Assembly: GCA_020137815.1 (NCBI GenBank)
Contig: CM035350.1
Location: 434,001 to 498,000, forward strand
Origin: Hormiphora californensis
Taxonomy: Eukaryota; Animalia; Ctenophora
DNA: 64,000 bases
Direction: 5' to 3'
Shown here: piece after piece, positions 1 through 11,500 of the stretch
How the letters are laid out: each line of letters opens with the position of its first letter
Numbering within the stretch: position 1 is the first letter of the stretch
Position numbers and translations under genes: made by a program
The notes under the pieces: generated by a model
What the model was told of the DNA's origin: nothing
What the model saw: the letters and a program-made list of their open reading frames with translations, nothing else
The model's database searches: none

Positions 1-684
1 AAACGGAAAAATCTAGTGATCCTCTATCAGCTGGTATCAAAATCTAAGCTCTAAGTGACCAGGAACTGGCATTATTAGTGCTAATTGGCGATAACGTCAT
101 AAATCACATAATTACGACTAATTAGTGAACCGGGGGTGGTAGAGACCTGTAGGATGGTACTTTGGACTTTTTATAGAGTCCCTAATCATATCAGAAAGTC
201 AAATTTAAAATTCCAGACCCAACTTCCCACAACCGACCCTACTATAATAAACAGGCCGCCGCGCATCAAAAAATATTTTAACAGCCTGAAGGTTGCTGTT
301 TCGACGAATCTTCCAACTTCGGGTCGGACGAGGGAAAGCTTGCCTTTTGCGATCATAATATACTGCACACAGTGGGTCGTTTCAGAGTCTGTTTTACAGA
401 ATAATAATGTGTTTTGAAAGAACGGCTGACTATCATGGAAACGCGAATTTAACAGCACCCCAGGCCCCGAAAGTTCATGTATCAAAACTTTCGCAGGAAC
501 AAGATAGATAGTATCTTCACTCGCTGCATTCTCACGTTTCTCTCTTTTCTCACACAACACGCCCTACTGTACAACAGTGAAGGGGAAACATACAGCGGGC
601 AGATCTCAGGGTGGAAGGGTCATTTGTTAATTATTATAATGAGATCTGATCAGGATTAAATAGGGAGGAAACTAGAAAAATATC

Positions 685-758
685 TGGCGAGGGCCGGGCT
701 CGAACCGACAACCTCTGCATTACATGTACATTGCTCTAACCTATTGAGCTACCTCGCC
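685..758 (-). tRNA. tRNA-Thr(TGT)-like sequence, non-canonical (A33, 27:43 mismatch)
   Basis: Minus strand reads GGCGAGG TA GCTC AATAGGTTA GAGC A ATGTA CATGTAA TGCAG AGGTT GTCGG TTCGAGC CCGGC CCTCGCC A: perfect acceptor stem, D arm, T arm, A/B boxes, followed by GATATTTTT (Pol III terminator). Confidence 0.8.
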
Positions 759-1019
759 TACAATTTATCTACATTTCCTCTCTCTATATCACTGATCATG
801 CCCTTAGATATTGCAGCTGTAACTCATATAGGAACAAGATAGATAGTATCTTCACTCGCTGCATTCTCACGTTTCTCTCTTTTCTCACACAACACGCCCT
901 ACTGTACAACAGTGAAGGGGAAACATACAGCGGGCAGATCTCAGGGTGGAAGGGTCATTTGTTAATTATTATAATGAGATCTGATCAGGATTAAATAGGG
1001 AGGAAACTAGAAAAATATC

Positions 1020-1093
1020 TGGCGAGGGCCGGGCTCGAACCGACAACCTCTGCATTACATGTACATTGCTCTAACCTATTGAGCTACCTCGCC
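1020..1093 (-). tRNA. tRNA-Thr(TGT)-like sequence, second identical copy
   Basis: Identical to 685-758, offset by 335 bp. Confidence 0.8.
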
Positions 1094-2233
1094 TACAATT
1101 TATCTACATTTCCTCTCTCTATATCACTGATCATGCCCTTAGATATTGCAGCTGTAACTCATATAGGAACAAGATAGATAGTATCTTCACTCGCTGCATT
1201 CTCACGTTTCTCTCTTTTCTCACACAACACGCCCTTTTTGGATCTAGTATCAGGCATTTTGTTATACTACTTAGCTGAGTTTAATAAACGTGGACTGGGG
1301 ATTCACGGACTTTTTCAATCGCAGATATCCAATCTCGGATATCAATTGCGAATAACGAATATTATAGTAATCGCGGACAACCAATCGCGGATAACTGATC
1401 ACGAATCCGTTATAAGTTATCGCGATTAATTATCGCGATTAGCTATCGCGATTAGCTATATATAGTGCGATTAGCTATCCGCGATTGGTAACTATCATAT
1501 TACTCATTCGCGATGAGTTGTCGCATGGTTAGTTATCCGCGATTATTCTCTGATTTTGATACGGATAACGATCACGGATAAGCATTGATAATCAAATATA
1601 TCTGATACAATCAGGTTCTAGATGCTAATTCGCTCTTTTCTCGGTTTTTTTAATAAATCGTCTTATATTTAAGACAGTCATAACTCTAGATATGACTACC
1701 CATTATAACTGAAAATGCGGCAGTAAACATTATTTTATAAAATAAATCTGATTCAATTTTAATTTAGACTCTGAAATGCTTCTTTCTAGGCGTTTTTAAA
1801 ATCGTCTTAAATTTAAGACAGTCATAAATCTAGATATGACTTCCAATTATATCTGAAAATACAGCAATTGACCAACGTTGGCAAAAATATATGTGATAAA
1901 ATCATGATTTATAGTTTAATTTGCTCTTTTCTAGGTTTTTTTGAAAATCGTCTTAAATCTTAATACAGTCAGATGCCCGTAACTGAAGAACCGTAATTCG
2001 GATTTGCTTGAAATTTTGATCATGTGTTCAAGATGTCGAGACAACATTACGTACCAAGTGGCGTATTCGTAGAACCACGGGAAGGCTGTCTTAGACGCCA
2101 AAGAATACTTAAGACAGTCATAACTTTTGTTATGACTGTCCGTTTTCTTTGTCCAAGCTTTAATACAAGGTACACCACTAGACCTACCGACTCCCAAAGT
2201 TTCATGGTGATAGCCTCAAAACTCTGGCCTCTA

Positions 2234-2467
2234 TTAAAGTACACCCCAAACTACTATGTCCCTCACTCGGGTTTGGTAAAATTTCCCACGGTCATAACTC
2301 CACTCCCTGATGAGATAGAGACTTGAAATTTGTTTTGTAGGAAGAACTCGACATGATCTCCTCACAAAACAAATTTCAAGTCTCTATCTTATCATGGGGT
2401 GGAGCTATGGCCGTCTAAAATCCGGTCGCGCGCAGCAAGGGACATAATAGTTTGGGGGGACCTTTAA
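2234..2467. mobile_element. TTAA-flanked MITE (Kolobok-like) nested in family R copy 1
   Basis: TTAA|AGTACACCCCAAACTACTATGTCCCT ... AGGGACATAATAGTTTGGGGGGACCT|TTAA. Absent at the homologous position of the other copy (~57170). Confidence 0.75.
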
Positions 2468-2862
2468 GTACGCAAAAAAGTGGTTTATTTACGGTCGTTC
2501 GTGACGCAAAAAACGGACATTTTGTCTAAAATACGACCCTCTGTAACGTAAAAACCGTAACTCCGATTTGCATGAAATTTTGAACGTGTGCTCTAGGTGT
2601 CAAGGCAACACGAACTACCAAGCGGCAAGTTCGTAGGACAACGGGAAGGTTGTCTAAAACAAAGTTGAAATTGCCGATTTCAGACAATAAGTATAGTAGC
2701 GCTGTCAAAATTTTCAAAAATTTTCAAAAAAATTCAAAATTTTTTTTTTTGCAATTCCGATTTTCCATTCATTGGAAGCAAGAATGCTTGGAAAATGGAC
2801 ATTTTTAAGGGAAGGATGGTTGGGGGGAGGGAGGATTGGGCCCCGGGCGCTTGCCAGCGCTA

Positions 2863-3663
2863 TGATTTGAGTCCGCTATGGCGATTGACGAAAAAACCCA
2901 TATCGTCATATCTATTTTTAAACAGTAAAATTTTAGACGCGTTTTAAGACCCTTATATGTCTAGTTTTGAAAATTCGCCATTTAGTTTCTGAAAGTTCAG
3001 ACAATTCTCTTTCCATGGTATGGTATTCGTTTTTCGATAAGAATCCGTCTTCAGGGTGTAAATTGAGCTCACAGAATTTTTGTCAGAGTCTGAAAAATGA
3101 CGACTTTAAGACGTTAGACAATTCTCTTTCCGTGATATAGTCTTCGTTTTTTGATTAGAATCCGTTTTCAGGGTGTAATTTGAGCTCAAAGAATTTTGTT
3201 CAGGGTCTGAAAAATGACGACTTTAAGACGTTCTGTAGGACGTTCCTGGCGATGAAAAGGCCAAAGGGACCCCACCTCGACTAATGCACACACATCCAGT
3301 AGATCTACCAGCTGTGAAAGCGAGAAGTTTCATTGTTTTCGTTTGGCGTGAATATGGTTTAGAAAAAGCGTCTCTATATGCACATTGCACACGCGCGACG
3401 CACATGCACACGTGATACACTGAATTTAGGGCAAATGGGACATGTCTGTAACTTCGGTTCCGGATGAGATAGACACTTGAAATTTTAAACCTGAGCCAAA
3501 GACCCCACGCCGGGTTTACATTCCAAATTTCAAGTTAATCGGATGAAAGAGAGCCACGCTTTAGCCTTCTGAAGTCTGGGTTTTCAGCCAAAACACCCAT
3601 AAAACGTATAACTGCGTTTCTGGCAGCGCTTTGGGGGGGGGGGGGGGTGGCACTTGCCAGTGC
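2863..3663 (+). mobile_element. Non-autonomous repeat related to 32093-33103, ending in G-tract plus TGCC-loop hairpin
   Basis: Shares TATCGTCATATCTATTTT and CCGTCTTCAGGGTGTAAATTGAGCTCA with 32415-32590. Internal ~120-bp duplication. Ends GCACT-TGCC-AGTGC. Confidence 0.6.
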
Positions 3664-3668
3664 GTTGA

Positions 3669-6188
3669 TTAGCTGACCTTCTTAATGCTTTTGTTAAACT
3701 TGGTTATGATAATGGAGATTGGAATAGTCATAATGGTTAAGTTAAGTATTGCATAAATCGCAGCCAAGATTTTCCCTAAGTCCGTGCTAGGAACAATGTC
3801 TCCATATCCCACAGTTCCGATGGTAACCACGCAAAACCACATCCCAGAAAAGGCACTCGCAAAACTTTTCTCAACGTTTGGATCAGATGGTTTTTCAACA
3901 AAATAGATAATTGGCCCAAACATGAGAATACCAAGGCTCCACATGAGCAAGAGGAGGACGATTTCTGGAATACTGTTAATCAAAAAATGTATCATGGTCT
4001 GAGATCCTGGTGAATGACGAAATAGTTTCAAAATTCGAAGAAGTCGGATCAGCCTGAGAACTCGGAATCCACCAGCCTAAAGAAATGAAAATATAGTATT
4101 ATTTTGTGTCCGATGTCTGATGTGTCCATGAATATGTTATGGAGAAGAAGTACAATGATTCACTTACCGCATTGAGGTATTCCTTAGCGATTAATTTGCA
4201 GTAGAAGGGAAGAATAGAAATGAGGTCAATCCAATTGGTTACACTCTTGAAGTAGAGCTTTTGATTTGGATACACACTGATGAGCAGAATGGCTTGAAGA
4301 GTAAAGTAGATATTCACAAATATCTCAATTATTTCACAGGCTTTAGCAAAATCGTTGTTGTCTGTCAGTTCTTTTACCGACTCCAAGACTAAGATGACTG
4401 TGCTGAAAAAAGGTTGTATAAGTGTTATGAGTCTAGGTCAACGGCGAGGTGCCATTGTGCCAATACAATTATTGGTCTTGTGTTTAATTGGAGAGGTACG
4501 GCGAGGGTACCAGGGTTCAGTCGCTGGTCTTGGGTTCAGTGTTCAGCAGTGTTACCCATGTGGAATATATACGATTTACTAGATATTGCAAAGGTAGTCG
4601 GTAGATGGGATTTACCCCTAAAGTCAATAAATGAGGGAGGCTAGTTCTCTGGCTAGTTCTCTGGCTAGTTCTCTGGCTAGTTCTCTGGCGTTGGATTTAT
4701 CCACATAATGGGAGACAGCCTTGCGTCCATATTCATTATAATGTGCTATAGCTGTACCCCACGCACACAGCCCATATCTGTACTGCACACAAGCTCAGTC
4801 CCCCGGCCTCCGCGAGACACATATGTGTCTTGCGGAGGCCAGTGTCACTACTGCACACACTTATATAATTGTGTGCAGTAGTGACACTGGTCAATTGCAT
4901 TAATGTTCTATACCGACAGGGAAACGTAGAAAAAGGAACACGTGTGTGGGTGTGTTTTGTAAGGATAATATGTTCTATAATACCTGATGACGATCATGAA
5001 AAGATCAAAGATTGCATAAGCTGTCGCAACTTTAGAGTAGCCTGGGAATTCAAGATGTAGAAGAATCTCTTCTCGTCTACTTTTGGCTCTGTAGTCTTTA
5101 AGACTTTTAGCTGGTGCTATAGCAACGTTCTGGCAGTAATTTCCTAGTCCATAAAATTCTATCTCTGACTGAAATAAAGCATTTACATTGTTAAAATAAT
5201 GATACATCAATCCACCCTCAATGTTGTAGTTTATGAAAGTTTAATTTTTTGAAAGGTATGAGTTGGATATATACGACCCCTAATTTATATATGTATAGTT
5301 TACCTCAAAAATGGTTTTTGGTACACACGGTGGACAAATTAATTCTTCTTCATGCGTGTAGAATCTCAAAACTGCTGCGAAAACATGTTTCTGCCGCTCG
5401 AAGAAGTACTCTTCTCTTTCCGGGACAAAGAACCTTTCAATAAGCTCTGTGTTGCCCAGCAACGTATCAGGGTATGCATTGAAGAGAGTAAAATCAACCA
5501 AGTATGTTGTTCCACTAACATTTATCATCTGGAATTGATACAATTATACTAAAAGTAGTACATAATGAGGACACAGGGGTTACTATTTACTAAGTAATGT
5601 ATAATCAATGCACCTTGATATCAGTACTGTAAAGGTCCTCGCATTTTGGATGTGATTTGCTGTGACCACTGTCTTGATCTTCTGAGATAGTCCTCATACC
5701 TCCATCCCGTATACTCTCAACAATGGAGGAGTTCCAAAGGGATCTTCGACGCCGTCCATCTTGTTCGATGTCAGGCAAACGTCTGTAGGGATACAGTTCC
5801 AATAAAAGTACATACAAGAGTTATAATGCCCCTCTCATTCACCGTGTAGTTTTTGATTATTTTGGAACTACATAGTTACAATTATGCAGCGTTGAAGGAG
5901 CTATTATATCGATAGACTGCAAATAAACTCTAAAAGATACAACAAAACCGATTTATTTAAAAGTTTCATTAGTCATTACCCCATTAGTTCTTTGAATAGA
6001 ATCTTATCAACTTTTCCCACATGGGTTGGTCTTCCGAAGATTACATCTATCAAGCCTGTTTTGGCTGTACGAGCCATAGCAACACTGCTCAATTTTCTGT
6101 CGCTGGTCCGATTGCTAATCATAGAGGCTTTACGAAGTAGAGCAAGCTTCACGGCCTCAGCACTGACAACTGTCTGTTGTAATAGCAT
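3669..6188 (-). CDS. Voltage-gated K+ channel alpha subunit, Shaker superfamily (T1 + S1-S6), spliced; C-terminus probably continues in a further exon
   Basis: Phase-consistent GT-AG exons at ~6188-5980, 5782-5614, 5528-5304 (T1: MINVSG..YPDTLLG..EYFFER), 5168-4984 (SEIEFYGL, S1), 4402-4168 (S2-S3 NWIDLISILPFY) and 4076-3678 (S4 FRVLRLIRLLRILKLFRHS; pore WFCVVTIGTVGYGDIVP; S6). AAG|GTCAGC at ~3678 is a likely donor. The first two exons are less certain. Confidence 0.92.
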
Positions 6189-6458
6189 CTCAAGTGGAAG
6201 ATTGCAACATGTTTGTGGTCAAATTGGAAGTGGATCGCAACGAATACCAATACACGAACAGATGTGTATGGATAAATAGTAAAGCAAAATGAGAACGAGA
6301 AAGCTTAAGTAAGAATCCGAAGAAGAGAAGAATTTAGAGAGTAAAAAAAGATAGAAGGAGAGAGAATGAAAAGCTTTGACAGTTACTTACCTCGCTCTTG
6401 ACTTCATCGATTACTCAATTTGGCGATGAGCGTTCTGACCCACACATACACATACAAA

Positions 6459-6463
6459 CTCTC

Positions 6464-6509
<46 letters not shown>

Positions 6510-6551
6510 CGCTCCTCTCTGTTTCTCTCTCTCTCTCCCTCCCTCTCTCTC

Positions 6552-6593
<42 letters not shown>

Positions 6594-6637
6594 TCTCTCT
6601 CTCACTCTCTCTCTCTCTCTGTCTCTCTCTCTCTTTC
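6459..6637. repeat. (CT)n microsatellite
   Basis: Directly visible. Similar GA/CT tracts lie at ~17160-17350, 26340-26540, 31670-32092, 43514-43657, 44343-44520, 45205-45315, 46560-46692 and 47482-47722. Confidence 0.95.
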
Positions 6638-6784
6638 TAACTTATTATCTCTTTCCCTTCCTTTCTATCTGACATTCTTTCTTATATATAAGAAAGAATG
6701 TCCACGTCTCCCTCCCTCTCTGCCTCTTTAATGTCTAATGGCTGCTAATTTTTAAGTAAGATGTCCATCAGAACAGTTAGTTTA

Positions 6785-8468
6785 GGGTAGACCGGGGTAA
6801 TTTGGACGGTGGGGCAATGTGGTCACAGGACGGGGCAATGTGGACTAGTGATTTATATGGGACTTTTAAATTGTGGTGTTTAGTGTGAAATAACGAAAAA
6901 TGACGACTTTAAAGTTAAACTTTATTTCGGTAAACTTAATTATGATAATTATTTAAATTAAGGGTCAGAATTTCACAATATGATACTTTTCTATTCAGTT
7001 TCATCATCAAAATGACATTAGCTTTCGATTTAATTAGCTAATTGGCATTTTAATGAAGCGGGGCAATTCGGACAATTTGGGGCAATTCGGACGAAAAATC
7101 GGGGGCAATTCGGTCATAATCCAGATTGCCCCATGGGGCAATTTGGACTAGACCAAATTGCCCCATGGGGCAAATTGGTTAAAACAAATTGGCCTCATGG
7201 CGCCATTATACTCGTTTCTATGGTAACCATAGACAACCTGCTTTCATAATTATCCTATTCAATCAATATAGATGGCTAAAACTGAGTAAATAGACCAAAA
7301 AAATAGAAAAAAGGTGCATTTTACAACCAATTCTCTGGATGCCAAGCTAACAAGTCAATCAATGGTGTGGCATTCGACAAACCAACTTCATGGGGTGCCC
7401 CAGAATATCTAGGACTGGTGCTTTGATGACCAAAAGTAGTGTTTTATCATGATAATCATCCATTATATGCAGCTGATATAACTGAATAAAGGGATAAATT
7501 ACAGGCTAACTTAGAGCAATAGGCATACATTTGATAACCAAAGTCACTGACTGGCTGGTAACTGAAGGTAGTCTGATGTCTCATTGTGACTCACAATCAT
7601 GTTTAAATAATCGATAGTCTAATAATACGGATGTAATGGGTGAATTTAGAGCAAGAAAATAGTACATTAATGCAAATTCGCCGGTTGCTATGGTAACAAA
7701 CTCCGTTGCTATAGTAACCCCAGGGAATTGCATTGAGTGGGAATCGGCCACTAACATGATTAATTAGACTGGATCCGGGGATCCCCATAATAGTAATTTC
7801 TGGCCTTGTAAGCACCTGAAAACACAAACAGCATTCCTTTGAAAACCGTAGCTTTATTTGTGGTTTTTTGATCTTTGATGTCGATTTTCTCAAAAACCCT
7901 ATTTGGGATTAGATTAAATATTTTTCTAATCGACTAGGCTAATCCTGAGCTTTCGAAAATGCACCCTATAGATATAGATCTGATGAACAATTAATTTTTT
8001 GGTTAATTAGGCTAATTACTACTTAATTAACTAATTTTGAAAAAAGGAATAGCACGGAATACTAAATTACTAGATGACTGAAAAGTTTGAAATCGATATC
8101 TCAAAAACTGTGGCTACAATCTAAGTTTGTCCAAATAGCCCCAACCTCGGTCTGATTTACATCGCAGATTTACAGCTGGGGCAATGTGGTGTGTCGCGGT
8201 CACGTGACTGAATGCGCGCATTGTGATTGGTGTAGAAGCCACTAGTCCAAATTGCCCCGTGTCTCGCGATCAAAAATATTCCGACTTACCTTCATTAACA
8301 AGGTTAATTAGCTATCTAAAAGTTATGTTTTCGATTCAAATTTGTTCTGAGGCTCAAGATAAAGGTTCAGTTGCACAAATTGAGTAGCTAACTAATTGAT
8401 TAAGTAAATTAATGGCTCTTGAAATACCAATTGAATGCCAAAACCGTCCAAATTACCCCGGTCTACCC
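6785..8468. mobile_element. Non-autonomous TIR transposon, TA-flanked (Tc1/mariner-pogo-like)
   Basis: TA|GGGTAGACCGGGGTAATTTGGACGGT ... ACCGTCCAAATTACCCCGGTCTACCC|TA with many internal GGGGCAAT motifs. Related design at 61941-62407. Confidence 0.85.
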
Positions 8469-8560
8469 TAAAGTGGAGTCGTTAACTGATAGAGTTCAGT
8501 TTGTTAGATGAAAAGATAGAGACTAGAGAGAGTGAGAGAGATAGTGAGAGAGAGAAAGGA

Positions 8561-11500
8561 CTTGACTTACTTGACTTAAGGCGGGTGGAATTCCCGAACG
8601 CCTTGAACAAGTTTTCTCCACGCATCACGTTCCTCCATAACTGAAGCTATCTCCTTCACGTCTCCCAGACCCGTATCTTGCCGTAGAACATCCACAAAGG
8701 TTTTCGAGGGCCTGCCACGTTTACATTGACCGTGAGTAGGCTCCCAAAGAAGGACTTTGTGGAGTGTCAGCTCTGAGTGTCGTTGTGCATGTCCGGCAAG
8801 TCGTAGTCTTCGTTCCGCTATTTTAGTGCTGAGAATGGGTAACCCTCCAATACCATACAACGTGCCATTAGTCATGCGGAGTTGCCACTGGTTCTTGTTA
8901 AGTGCCATTCTCAACATACGAGTATAAGCTCCATTCAAACTCTTCTCCATTTGTTTGGTGAGGGTCCAGGTCTCACATCCGTATAGGAGAACGGTTTCGA
9001 CAGTAGCAACAAATAACCTACACTTGAGTTCGTCTTTAAGATCTGAGTTCCAGACTTTCTTCAAGCCGTGGCAGGCAACCCATGCCTTACTCTTCCGGTT
9101 CTTGATGTCCTTGTTCGAATCTCTGATCCACGAACCCAGGTATTTGAAGTCGTCGGTTGTTTTGATGGTGTGTCCGTCACAGGTAAGAAGCGGCTCTGGA
9201 TCTGAGATGTTCTCCACTATGAGCTCCGTTTTGTTCTGGTTAATAGCCAGACCAACCTCCTTACATACCGTTTCAACCTCACGAAGTAAAACCCCTAACT
9301 CCTCAACCGAGTTTGCCAGCAGGGCCACGTCGTCCGCGAAGCCAGTGTCAGTAACTCTGGATGCCCCAACTCTCCTACTCCTAGCAGGTCTCAGAGTGAA
9401 ACCGATCTCCGGGTGTCTACTGAGTGCTATCCGTAAGCAATAGTCCAGCACTATGATAAAGAGATACGGGGCTAATGTGTCGCCTTGTAAGACACCAGCC
9501 ACGATCTCAAATATAGCAGTAACGCCGTCGGCTGTAAGGATTTGCGCTTTGGTGTTAGTGTAGAGCCATTGGATAAGATCGACGATAGCATCTGGTATGC
9601 CGTATGCCCTTAAGATTTTGATCAGGCTGGAACGGTTGATACTATCAAAGGCTTTAACAAAGTCGATGAAAGCCATGGCTACCGGGAGTTGTTTCCTCCT
9701 CGCACCCTCCAGTATCCTCCTCAGTGTTAAGATGTGACTGGTGGTTGAGCGTCCCTCTCGGAATCCGTTCTGGGAGTCAAGGAGTTTAGTCTCAATATAG
9801 GGCCGGATGCGATGTAGTAGCATCCTGTTCAACGTTTTAGCAACTATTGAAGTCAGTGCAATACCACGGTAGTTCCCAGGCTTGGACAGGTCGCCCTTCT
9901 TCGGAACAGGAATGATGTTACTCACTGTCCATTGTTCTGGAATACCTTTACCTTCTAAAGCACCGTTGCAAAACCCCAGCACTATCTCATCCAGATCGCA
10001 CCTTTTCAGAACCTCAGGAGGGATGCTGTCATCCCCATAAGCCTTCCCCTCCTTAATCCTCTTCTTGGCCCTCTGATATTCCTCAAGAGTGAAGCTGCCA
10101 TTGAAGATGTCCGCCGGGGGGAAGAGCTGTTCGACTTCCGTGTCTGATGACCCTGATGGTGTAGACCCTAGTAGGGTTCGGAAGTGATTCAACCATATAT
10201 CATTCCTCTCTTCCGGTGAGCCCCCCTCCAACTGACTAGCTGTCCTCAGGTTTCTACCAGAGACCTCGTTAACTATCCTCCAAACTTCTCGTGACTTAGC
10301 ATTCCTAGCAGCATCCTCTACCCTCCTAATCTTACCCTCAATAATCTCCGACTCAACCTCTCCATATGCCCCCGATAACCCCTCCTTCGCCCTATTTACT
10401 CTGGTCCTCGTCCTCTCGTCTGGTGCTTCGTGATACTCCTTACTGGCACACTCCAACTCTGTCCTCACTCGCTTAACTCTATAGTCCTCTGCCACAACGT
10501 CTTTCAGACGTTTTCGCTTCTTCCCAAGGAGAGCTTTACTCGTTTCCTGTACTGCGCTAATGAAGTGACCATAGTTCGTAGTTGGGTCGTCTTCAGCAGT
10601 AGATGTTAGACAGGAAAATCGGTTGTGAACCTCAACAGAGAAACGATCCCTCAGGTCCGGGTCGGTTCTGAGAGGACCATAGTCGAGATTCGGTCTTCCT
10701 GGCAGAGTCTTCCTCTTCCGTAGGGTGAGTTTGACCTTGGCGATAAGCAACCGATGATCAGATCCAAGGGAGCTTAACGCCTCGGACGTCGTGGTGTCCT
10801 TAATACTATTCCTCCATTTCTTCCTTATTAGTATATAATCCAGGGTGGCCTTCCGCTGTGTCCCGTCCGACAGGAATGTCCACAAACGGCACTTCTTCTT
10901 CCGGAATCTAGTGTTGGTGGCCTCCAAGTTGGTTTCCTCCATAGTTTCCTTCAGAAGGACACCGTTACGGCTGGTGGTACGATGATAGTACCATCCAGAA
11001 CTAGTTCCTTCCCAACCAAGGCGAGCGTTGAAGTCACCACAAACAATCAGGAGATTGTGAGCAGGTACTTCGTGTAGATATTCTCTTAGCTCGTTATGGA
11101 ACTGTTCTACTTCATCAAATTCGGCACCCTCTGTCGGTGAGTATACGGTAACAAGCGTTAGCTTGGGATTGCCGGCGAAGGTGACGGCCAGGATCCGATT
11201 AGAAACCACTCTTGTCTCAACAATGAGCTTCGATGCATTGGTCCCCATTAAGATTCCGACCCCTCCAACAGACGCTCCCATACTATTCCGCCAGGCTGTC
11301 GATGTTAATAGGATTGAGTCTGGCCCAGCCTGGGTTCTCTTAACAGTCTCTGGATGGACAATTCGGTGCTCCTGAATACCCAAAAGACCAATACCATGTT
11401 TAGAGAATTGATAAGCCAGCTCGCTGACTTTGTCAGCTGTTCGGAGTGTTCTGCAGTTGAAAGTGCCTATGCGTGTTCTGTGTATAACTTTGTTCATATT

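Larger units (their letters stand above)
495..1235. repeat. Perfect tandem array, 335-bp unit x ~2.2, each full unit containing a tRNA-like gene
   Basis: GGAACAAGATAGATAG starts at 496, 831 and 1166 (period 335). The units look identical. The third unit stops after ~70 bp. Confidence 0.95.
360..2862 (+). mobile_element. Non-autonomous composite repeat 'family R', copy 1 (5' hairpin module, TATCGCGATTAGC minisatellite, ~125-bp subrepeats, G-tract and terminal hairpin); possibly Helitron/Helentron-related
   Basis: Collinear with 55633-57568 (same GGATCTAGTATCAGGCATTTTG junction and same CCCCGGGCGCTTGCCAGCGCTATGAT end) and with the inverted partial copy at 27684-28730. No transposase ORF. The superfamily call is inference. 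Confidence 0.75.

Noticed and set aside
495-1235. CRISPR-like array
   Set aside because: Units are identical with no unique spacers, no cas genes, and the context is eukaryotic.
2024-2326. ORFs repeated at ~56961-57236
   Set aside because: Similarity reflects DNA repeat homology, and the frame runs into a nested MITE.
3025-3056. Minus-strand CTGAAGA...GAAA in a repeat
   Set aside because: No stem III/NUH or closing stem I.
8955-9443. 162-aa plus-strand ORF
   Set aside because: Antisense shadow of the LINE RT.
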